A stretch of 64,000 nucleotides of DNA from Phoronis australis (Eukaryota > Animalia > Phoronida), in assembly GCA_002633005.1 (NCBI GenBank), contig NMRA01000160.1:375217-439216 (forward strand), read 5' to 3'. Shown here piece by piece: positions 49,501-61,100 of the stretch. Each line of letters opens with the position of its first letter. The first letter of the stretch is position 1. The position numbers and the translations under genes were made by a program. A model generated the notes under the pieces. That model searched no databases, was not told the DNA's origin, and worked only from the letters and a program-made list of their open reading frames with translations.

Positions 49501-52500
49501 GAATGCCACCCAAAAACAATCTATTTTGTATCAATTTAGATCGAGTAGCTCTACTCGATAACGGCAGGTTCGGTTGCGTTACCTGACACCTAACGGAAGA
49601 CGGAGGTGTTGAAATTATCTAATGACGTAATTGATTTCACACGCAGTCTGTTCACGCAGTTCACAACACGGGTTTGTGGTGTCAGCTTATCGCTTGAATA
49701 CATAGTTTAACACCAATAGATCATGAAACTTCGCTGTAAAACCCTTAAAAATACAGCGAGTTCTTATAAAAACTTGTTGTTTTATTTCGCTGTTACGGAT
49801 TTACTGGTATTTGGACACACCGTAGCCTACAAAGTTCGGCAGGCCAATTTACCAAGGGTAATGCCGTAGCAGGAGATTGGGGTCTGTTCGGAGATAAATT
49901 CGAAGTATTCTTCCGTGAAATACAGATAGGAGTACCTAGATCTGTGTTCCTTATACTTGTGATTTTTGAGTTCTAAACACACAAAAGGCTTTTTATCCCG
50001 GCCAGTGGCTCGGAATCTGATCAGGCCCGTCGCGGCTCGCGGACTGACTCGTTATCTCGGCCAGTGGCTCGAACCCGATCAGGCCAATCGCAGCCGCCGG
50101 GACTGGCACGAACATTACCAGCTGGAGTTGGAAACTAAATCTCCAGTCACGAAAAGACTATAATAGTGAACCAAAGAAATAATGTGCACGTAATTATTTA
50201 TGTGAATTAGCCACGAAACTGAAAATCTACTTACTTGTCGGCGGCCGCGAAGTCGGGTTCCCCTTCCGCAGACCGTCAGAGCAAAGGTTGTACAGTAACA
50301 ATGATTTGAATAATGTATTAATTTGTTTTTCTAAATAAAAATTCCCCTAACATGTGACCATAGCATATAAAATCGAGTATATTGTTTTACAACCGCTTTC
50401 TGTCAGCAAACACTGAATTAGGATGCACTCACAGGGCCTCGGTGTCCGGTCAATTACCTTTGTTGCCGGCATCAAAAGCCGGTAACGCAGTGGTTTATTC
50501 ATTGCTGGCTTCTCACAACATTTGCACTCACGCACCCAAAGGCATTACAAATTGTATCTAATGAGACAGACTTTGTTTCAGCACTGATTAGGATAAGAAT
50601 AATTCATTTTGAAACAGAACGCATAATAATAAACGTCTACATTGGAACTCGCCGGCACCAATCCCGACTTAGTCAAGATCTCATCCGACTTCACCGGTCA
50701 GATCGTTAGGTTTCACAGGCTATCAGTTTAATCGAACCGGAATACACTGATCAAGAAATACTAGAGAGGCGCCTTGAACATGCACACGCAACGGAACGTA
50801 TGGATAGTTCTTTGGGAAGCCGGAATTCGTCAGATAAATCCCTGTCGACGAAATGTCGGTCACAAACTCGGAGATGTTTCACGGCCTCATACTTGCTATT
50901 AACAGCGTACATTTCATTCTTCACTACTGCGAGCCACTTCCTAAGCATTTCTGGCTCTCGAGGAAGACGAAAAAACGATATATCCGCTTTCTTCGCAGCT
51001 TCATAGTTCGGACAAGCGGGAACGATGCACCGTAATATAGCGGCATTCACTCTGCAGACAAACCACTGGCGTCGCTGCGTCGTTTCTCACCTTCCTGACA
51101 AGTTAACGCAACACCTCTCGACAAGGTGAGGTCGACCGTATAAGAGGCGATGTGGATATAGACCGATTAAGACGGTAAAAAAGACTAATTAAATCGGGTG
51201 GCATTCTCCTTTAATTTAATGGCTTTCATAACAGAAACGACGCCAATCACTCTGGCTCCACCAACAACTCTTAAGCCATAGTAACATTTTGTTCAGCTGC
51301 TTCAGGAAGGCTTATGAAGAGACGGAAAACTCATAAAAAGATGTATATTTTTGGCATAATTATGCATTTCACAGCTGTTATTCTTCCAAAAAGTGTCAAC
51401 TTTTTCTCCACCTGTCTATAGCCTTCGTTATTTCACCAAGCTTACGGTTAAAATTGATGTTGGGATTTTATTTAAATCACTGGAGCATTGAATACCCATT
51501 AAAATGAATTCTGATGTTACTCATTTCAGTTTTACGTCACAACACATTTTTTGATAGCTTAATTTGATATAACCTATCCAAAAACAAATCCCTGTTCAGT
51601 CTTATCACACGGTAGGTAACGACGTTGAGAGTGCTGAATTGGAAGCCGGTAAAGTTTTCTTTTCAAAATTTGTAGAGTACGCACGACGTGTCATCTATCG
51701 GGTAATATCAATACTGACACTGGCACTGCTAAATCTCTCGTCATTTTGTTTACTCACGCAAAGAACTTTTAACTAAGCAATACTGTAGTAGAATTGGTTA
51801 TCAATATTAATTCTGTTCTTCGAGAATGTGTTACTTTGAGGGTGCTTCCGCGTTGAAATAAAGAAAAGTGAGATCAGGTTATCAGTATTTCCTTCAATGA
51901 ACTATTTCAATACATAACGCGAAGCCTGCCAGGTAGCAAGCTAGAAAATGAGAAACCTTACCTTTCTTATACACAAAAATATTAACGGTGGATGGAGTGT
52001 TATTGTTAACAAATTACTAATTGGATTTAAGAGCTGATCACGTGTGTGAAAATTACCTTGGTGGATGTGTTGATTTGCGACATCGTTCGACTCTAAGAAA
52101 TATCTTCGACCGTTGTGGTCAGCTGGGCCACTTATCAGTAGACTATTTGCCAAGTCAATACATAAATGATACATACCTGCCTATAAATCCTAACCAGCGG
52201 GTACGACAACAAATTTCAAGTTGTCCAATCATTATAGTATGGTAGCAATGTAGAAGTTTGAATTGAAAGACGTGCACTTCTTATACTAGTTTCTTTGTCG
52301 TCTTATTGTTAGGTTACATACCCTGTAGTGTGCACGAGTTGGTACTGCACGTCTGGGTTTTCGAGGTACTTCCGGTACAGGGAGCGCCGCCATTTTCTGG
52401 TGCAGGATTATTACATGACCTTGTAGACGTCTGTGATCCACCTCCACATGTTTTAGAACAAGATGACCAGCCAGTCCATTGAGACAAGCCGCCGTTCACT

Positions 52501-55127
52501 GAAAGATATTCACATAATTTTACCGTAGCTGTACAAGTGGGAGGACGGCACCTAGCGACTATATTTCCATGTATTTTCGAGCTCTGGTAAATTACCACAG
52601 ATTTCGTGATAAATAGACGTCATAGTGATCCTTGATAGCTGTGGATCAGAAGGGAACGCACCGAAGAGTCTGAATTGTAAAAATACAAAAACCTGTAGAA
52701 AAAAGAGTTACTTTGAGAAATTTTCATGTGACAGAATTCTGTGTCCTAAACTGTGTCGCCACTGACCAATCAAGACTATTACGCAATGCAGTGAATAGAA
52801 GTCGTGACTAAGCCTAAGGAACTTTATAAAAGAACACCCAACACCACAGCCCATACACCTGCTCGCAATCGAGGTATTTATAGTTACATGTCTCAGCCGG
52901 TCGAGTCTAGTACCTCATACATCACTTACCGAGTACTCTTTAGAGAAATTGTGGGAAAATTAGGAAAACTTGAAAAGCTACAAGACGACTTGTCAAATGA
53001 AATAAAGAGACCTTTTAACTAAAAGTCTCCAAAATAAAACAAGAAAACGAAAGACTGAGGAACTAAAGAGTAAAACTAGAAAGGAAAGTAGATGACGTTG
53101 AAAATAAGTCACGACGAGAAAATGATATTTTTCACGCAATACCAGAGAAAACACATCATGAACTTGAGAAGAAACAGAGAATGCCCTCAAAGAAACTCTA
53201 ACCATCTCAACCTTAACGACGTAAAAATCGACCAAACGGTCAAATTTGGAAACAAATAACCTATTAAAATGCACCTTCTTGTATTATAAACAAGATGAAC
53301 TTCAAAGATAATAAAATCTTCAGGTCTAAAGAAAGCTGAAAGAAGAAACAACTTTCTCTTTATCAGAGCACTTCTTCACGAAAGTTCGGACCGTAGATCG
53401 AAATTTGGCAATTTTCCAAAGACGAATGAACCATTTAAACGAGACCCCTATAAAGTACGTCAAATTGTATTACAATAGAAAAGTATACTTCTTTGATGAA
53501 AGAGTGAATGCAGTTCTCTCCAATTCTGGTGAAAACTCTTGCATAGAATGGCAGGCAAGGCTATGTGTCACTAAATTTTACTGTTAGAATATCGGTGGAA
53601 ACACTTTTAAGCGCTTTTAAACTCGAAACCTGCGTCGCTGTCGTCCATGGCTCTCCCAACAAAAAGTGGATATAAGAAGTGCGCAAACGTTCCGCACACT
53701 TTGAGACTAAATATTTAAGTCTCATTTGAAAAAAAAATCGAATTGAAAACTTTTGAAGGCACCGTGCAAATTTGACATTTTTTTCATTTTTGTATTTCAC
53801 ACATTGTCTTTAAAGGCGTTGATCGTTACGAGTGTTGACACCAGCCAATGTCACCACCAGTGCCTGCAGCGACCCACAGACGCCCAGACAGAGAAGATAA
53901 CAATATGCACCCACATATAAGTATGGTTTGGCGCATAAAAAGACAAGTACCAAAGTACAGTACACGTATGGTCGTTTGCCTTTGTAATCCTTTGAATGTC
54001 ATTGAATTCACTTACCCGGGCATCCGTTGGTATTGCATAGCCGAGATCTAGAGGTACTTCCTGAACAGGGGCTGCCGCCGTTAGATGGTTCAGGATTGTT
54101 GCAAAGTCTAGTCGACACCTGTGATCCACCACCACATGTCTGAGAACAAGGTCCGTAGGCAGACCACTGCGACAAACCACCGTTCACTGAAACAAATGAA
54201 CAGCAGAATTTGCCACCGCAAACACCACATGCTTGTAACTATTTACATGTATATGATGTGCTGGTGAGTAATCATGGCGAATTGCAAATGAACGTGGTGT
54301 AGCCATGTAACACGAAAAGGGGCAAAGGCTTTCCTGTGTCATTGCAAAAACACATCGCCGATTGACACTAGTTTGAACTAATTTTACACTTAAAATTTAA
54401 GTTGTGTACATATAAACAAGGACAGCCTTAAGGTCTCGAGGTCAAAATCATCAACTTTGTTCGTTGGGGGATTTGACCCTCCAAGGCATCGTCATATTCT
54501 GGAATTCCTGATTTGGCAACTAGCCTGCCGGGACATGCAAATTAAAGGGTCAAGTCGGAAGCAATAATGACCTTTCAATTCTTCTCGATCCTTCAATTAA
54601 TGGTCTAATCTTAATGAGCAGCAAGACTATATTGATTGTATAACAGTTACTACAGGTACATGTAGCTTACTGCACACCGAAAGTCAACTTTTGACAGAAG
54701 ATGTGGATTTGTTGCCGCTTAAAAAGACGACATTGACTCAGCTATAGAGTGCTACTGGCAACCGAACAGTCCAGATTCAAATCCCACCGTATACCAGGAA
54801 ATTTAGAGCCTTAAGCACCCACCCACCATGACTACTGCATACGCGTACACGTTCCACGCAGACTTATTGGTCAGCTTGAAAGGAAAATTGTGAAAAATTA
54901 AAATTCACAACGAATATAAATAAACCAAAAACAACAGCTTTTAAAAATGGTAGCGGCATCTGTTTTTACGCGTTGTGCTCAACTGGCTATGAGATTGTGC
55001 ATATTAATCAAGGAGTAGCTGGCGGGGAGATTTTTGTAAATGAATTCAGAAGTAGATGTAAAGATATGGAATGCGAACATTGGAATGGAGAATTGCTGTC
55101 TTGAAGGTTACTAAAATAAATGATTAC

Positions 55128-55159
<32 letters not shown>

Positions 55160-58100
55160 GTATATGCGCGCATGCACTTCTGCTTGAAAATCGCCATTTG
55201 TTTTTTACATTAAAGGCCAAAGGTCACATTTTTGACAAAACGGAAATGTTCTACGTCTATGTCTTGCCATACCAAATGAAGAGAGGTGCTTTGCCCTGTG
55301 GGAGAAAAACTGAAAAAGTGACGAGCGGCTGACATCAACAGAAATTTAAAGTCTGAACATCGCCTGGTGAACAATGTGATATATGTTTTAAAACTTTTAG
55401 AGGCAGAAAACGATATCGAAGAATTTAATTTTGTCTGGTGTCACGCTCCATGTCTCTTTAAGACACCGTAGGTGGATATTTACCTGGTTCACTGGAGCCG
55501 CCACCACCACCACCGCCGCCACCATCTGTTGCTGAAATAAAGATGACTTTTTTCATAAAGTTGAAGTGGAATGCTGTTGATTGCGAATGGTAACAACAGT
55601 ATTACATCTCCAAGTAAGTCAACGCGATGTCATCAAAATCATAATGCGCCCAACGATAGCATCGCAAACGGCGTGCTTCTGTGGGTGTTTTTAGTATCAT
55701 AAAATGACCGTAAAGTGGCGTAAAATGCGTCAAATCCATCGAAATTGAAAAAGTGGCGTCGTCTTTGTAAAAAACAACTAAATGCCAAATTTCATGAAAA
55801 TAAGCCAAGGAACTCCTAAGATATAAAGGCAAACGTAAAAAACAATTGGCTTCAGGGAGTGCAGGTATAGTCCCATTGATCGGAGTCTTATAGTACTCTG
55901 TTGCCATCTCTATAACAGCCCTGGTACAAAATAACGCCGAAGATGCAAAAAGTAAAACTGCACCTAAGGGGCGCCAGAATAGTCAAAAACATCTAAAAAA
56001 TCAACATCAGATAGAGTCTTTGCATCTGAAAAACAAGTCAATTTTTAGAATCGTCCTTTGAGTGGTTTGGCAGATAGAGAGAAAGACAACAAGAATACGC
56101 GAAAATTTTTAAACGGCCACCAGGTGGCAAAGAAAACACCAAATCTGAATATGGGAAGGTGTTGTCGTGTGCTAAATAGAAATCTATTTGCCGAATTTCA
56201 CGAAAATACCTTACTGAAATCCGAAGACACAGCCCACCGTAAAAACAAGAGCAACGCAAAGCTTTAAAATGCGCCCAAGAATGCACTGCAAACGGTGTGC
56301 TTTTAGGGGTGTTTATTTGTATCACAAAAATGGGAACTAGATGGTGCAAAATACTTAAAATCCATCAAAAAATGGAAAATGTCACCGTGTATAACACAAA
56401 GCTATTAAACACATTTCATGAAAATCTGTCAAGAAACTTTAGAGAAACAGAGGCAAACGGAAAAAAATGAAATTGCCACTTGGGAGCACAGCGTTCGCCG
56501 GATCCGTCTGAAAGTTGTCTTCCGTTGCCACCTTCAAACAAATACACTTGCTAAATTTAATAAAAATCCTGTAGAGGGCTTAGGAGATACAGCTGAGGGC
56601 GCAAAAAACTTCCACCAGGAGGGACCACAATAATTGAAGTAGGAAAATCATCGTCAACCGTCCTCTTCACGCTAAGAACATATAAGCCTATTTTCATAAT
56701 CACCCTAAGAGTGGTTTGGTTGACAGAGGGTGGACGCCAAAAACAGACTAGAAAACACTAAAAAATGGCCACTAGATGGCGCAAAACACGTGAAATCCGT
56801 CTGAAAACCGAAGAAAGTTATCCTTTTTTAAAAGAAAGCTATTTACCAAATTTCATGAAAATTCGTCGAGGAACTTCAGAGAAACAGAGGAAAACGAAAA
56901 ATCATCCGTCTGAAAGTCATTGTCTGCCGTTGATAACTTCATATAAATACACGAGTTAAATCTAATAAAGGTCCTGCAGAAGGCTTAAGAGATACAGACA
57001 TTGGCGCAAGAAAACTGCCACTAGGAGGCGCCACAGTAGTCGAAGTCTTCTGAAAATCATCGTCAACCGTCCTCTTCATAGTAAGAAAATGCATGCCAAT
57101 TTTCACAATCATCCTTAGAGTGGTTTGGTTGATAAAGTGGCAGACACCAAAAAAGAGACGCGAAAATAGTAAAAATGTCCACCAGATGGCACAAGATGCC
57201 TCGAATCCGTCTGAGAAAAAAGATGGCATCACCTCATTAATAGATGCCTATGTGCCAAATTTCATGAAAATCGGTTGAGAACCTTTGAACATACAGAGGT
57301 AAACGTAAAAAATTAAAATTGCCACTAGGGGGCATAGCAGTATTTGAGTCGGTCCGAAACTCGTCAGCCTATGTCGTCAACCCCATACGAACACAATAAG
57401 ATCCTGCAAGGGGTTTACAGCTGCGGAAGCCGGACGCCCGGACACCCAGACACAGGTGACGGCAATATGCACACACAAATAAATATGTGGGCGTATAAAA
57501 ACGTTACGCCCCAGGGGGCACAGTGGTATTTGGGTCAGTTCGGCACTCGCTACTGTTTGTCGACTGCTCCACAGGAATACGTCTTTCAACTTTTACAAAA
57601 CTCCTTCAAAGGGTTAAGTAGGTTCGGCCCCAGACGGAAAAAACAAATCAAAATCTCTAGTAGGGGACGACATGGTGGTCGCCCACGTTCAAACGTCGAC
57701 TTCAGCCATGGCCTTCACATCAGGAACACATCTGTTAATTCTCAAAATGATCCTTTAAGTGGTATGACATTATAGGGAAACAGATGCTAGAAAACGGACG
57801 CAAAAATAACAAAAAGGCCAACAGGTGGCACAGAAAACATCAAATATGTCCAAAACTCAGATGGAGTTGTCGCTCCCCCTAATAGGAACCTATTTGCCGA
57901 ATTTCATGAAAATGAATTACTGAAATACTACGATACAGAGGCAAACGTAAAAAGAAATATTTTGCCATTAAAGGGCATAGTGGTAGTTGAATCAGACACT
58001 CGTTGCCGTTTGTCGACTGCTCCATAGGAATGTATCTTTCAAATTTCGCACAAAGCTCCTTCATAAGGTTAAGGAGATTCGGCCTCAGACGCAAAGAAAC

Positions 58101-61100
58101 AAAATCGCCACTAGGAGGCAACACAGCAGTAGGACCAGTCTGAAACTCAACGTCAGTCATCACCTCATCAATAACACATCAGTAAATTTCTATAATGATC
58201 CTTTGAGCGGGATGGAAGATAGAGAGTTGGACGCTAGAAATAAAAAATATCCACAAGGTGGCGTAATAGTCGTCGAATCCGTCCAAAAATCGAATGGCAT
58301 CATAGCCGCCGTATTAAAACCCTATTTATCGAAGTTCATGAACATCCGTAAATGAACTCCAAATATACAGAGGCAAACGTAAAAAAACTAAAATTGCCAC
58401 TAGGGTAGCGGTTTTCGGGTGGGTCCGAAACTCATTGTCATCTGTTGTCAGCCACATAGGAATACACTTGCCAAATTTCAATGGGTTTAGGATATACAGC
58501 CGCGGATGCTGGACGCCCGGACGCCCACAAAGAAATGACAACATGCACCCACATATAAATACGTGGGCGCATGATTAAAGAGTCAAATCATGAAAGGCAA
58601 GAAACGTCACTTTACCTATGAAGACACCGATGGAATGCTGATAATTGAACTGTCCTCCATCAGGGGTCCTACTCTCGCCCACGGTGGGATATTGGTTGTT
58701 GTTAATGACGAAATAAGGTATCGTGTAGCCACCATCTGCGCGGTAGGTGAACGATATCGGCACGACGCTACTGCCGAAAAAGCCCCATCCTAGTCGAGAG
58801 CCGCTAGTTACATCTGGGCGCTCAGCAATATCAAACTACAACGAGAGGTTATGCAATAGTATTACAGCAAGAATTGATGTGTTTGCGTTATGCTTCTCGT
58901 CTTTTTTATTCGGCGGAGTTTATATAAACTAGTAAAAACAACGCTTGGCGTTAAGTGCGCACACTGCGTATTTCGCGAACAGCAAAAATACCAGGGTAAT
59001 GGCGCAACAGTATTTATGTCCACCCTAAACGACATAATCCTCAAAATGAGACGACCTTTAAAGCTCTTTGGCAAATGCACACATAGACGTAAAAACAGTC
59101 AATACTAAAATTTTACCTAGAAGAAGCCGGCAGGATTAGTCGGAACATGTTGCCGTGCTCAATTATCACCAGAGTCTGGTGAACAGAGGCATCTGGTTCT
59201 GCATTGGTCAACCAAGGATGAGGACAACCGGTGTTTTTCAACCAGCTCAACACAAAAAGCATGGTTTTGCAACTTTTACTGGCTGATGCTTTTCGCCCTG
59301 GTTGTCTGGGTAAAAGCCATGATGTCTTTGCCTCTAATTGAGCCGGTAATATTCCTTATCGTAATAAGGTTCTATTTCCGTTACCAACAAGAACACTGAA
59401 ATCATCGGCGACACAAGAAAACGCTTCAGAGTCTATTGGGGTTGGTAAAAATCCTAAAATTGGGAATTCGAAAGTGGCGCATGCGCGACTGCCAGTGGCT
59501 TGAATAGGCAACAGAAATGGATTCCCACCACGGTAGGACACCAATTTCGTAAAAATCCTAAGTTAAATTTCGTTTTGAACGATGTTAGTAGGGCGAAAAG
59601 AAGGTTAATGTCATAGAGCAGACGACACACTCGGGCTGAGGTCACCATGCCCACCACTCGGTCTCGCCATCTGGTGCGAACTGGCAGTTCGCACCAGATG
59701 GCGAGACCGGCTCGATCACAAGTCTCGCATCCATCATCTATTAACACTACAGTTTGCTTAACATATCTGACTTCTGGTTTGTCATTTGCCACACACAAAT
59801 GAGGCCAAGTAGTGGGTATACAACTCGGCTAAGCAAAATCTAATTATAACTACAGTCATTTCAGTAAACGCTGGTTGTGATCCAAGTCGTCACTGCTCAT
59901 AATGTCACTCCAGCAGAACACTTTAATTGTAGGCTTACAGTACAGGTATGCTTCCATTTCCGTATCTCATCAGGATTGCCCACGACATCACAGCGTGCAA
60001 TGGAAATCATTGCCCACCATTTAGTCTCGTTTCCGAGATGTTCACCGGACTCTAAATGCTAATGCAGGCTGCGTGCATTACGATCGAGGCCCGATATTAC
60101 AAGATAAGGTAATGCTTTTTCTGTCTGAATATATAATGTGTAGGTTTACGAGGCACTAAATCCCGTGCTGCCCAATGCTCACAATGTCGCTCGAGCAGAA
60201 CACTTTAGTCAAGTATTCAACAAATGTATGCTTTTATTTTCGTATCTCGTAAAGGTTACCAGTACCCGTACTAGAAAGTATGTAACTGAAGTATCCGAGC
60301 ACCAAATGAGTAAGTTTTTGTTTCAAAAACACTCAAAAATGTGAGTGGTGCTGAAATACCCATACAAATCAGATTGGTGCTTACCAAAAATTTCACTCGC
60401 TTTCGAGCAGTTTGTCAGACTGCAATGCTACTCGAAGCTGGAATGCGAGAGAAGAGAGTTACCTCGCAGTGGTAGGAAAACACCTACTAAATTTTATGAA
60501 GATCCGCCAAAGAACTTAAAGTGGAAAGTGAGGCAGAAGAAATACAAAAGTTCAAAAGACTACAATCATGCCGCTAGAGGGCACGACAGCGGTCAAATCA
60601 GTCCGAAAATTAGCAACTGTTCTACAACGCACACGAGTTGTCGAATTCTGTGCAAAGCAATTAAGATATGCTCTCATAAACAGGAACACGCTTGCCACCT
60701 TTCATAGTGATTCTGCAAGAGGTTTGGAGGATAGTGTGGCAGACGACAAAGGACACGAAGACAATAGGCATGCTGCTGGGGGATAAAACTTAGGTCAAAT
60801 CCACTTGAAACAATGCCGGTGTGGTTTTCTAGGTTAAAAACGTATTTGCCAAATTTCATAAACACCCACAAACGAACTTGGTTGATATCAACGCAAACGC
60901 AAGGAACTGTCACTGGGTGACGGATTTGCCCGCTTATCCACACCAGATGTATCCTGCTCACTAGAAACGCATGTCAAATTTCGGAAAGAACCATCAAGGA
61001 AATGGTATTGAGCCAGACAAAAATAAAACTCCTACAACAAGGCTCCACAACAGTCGAACTGGTTAAAGAATAAGTGACACCCAGGCACACCCTAGTACAA

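Noticed and set aside
54735-54830. tRNA-derived SINE head
   Set aside because: Only a weak B-box-like GATTCAAATCCC and no second copy in the window.
42489-58575. CRISPR-like regularly spaced repeats
   Set aside because: Eukaryotic intron context, the spacers are homologous to one another, and there are no cas genes. This is a tandem satellite or TE core.
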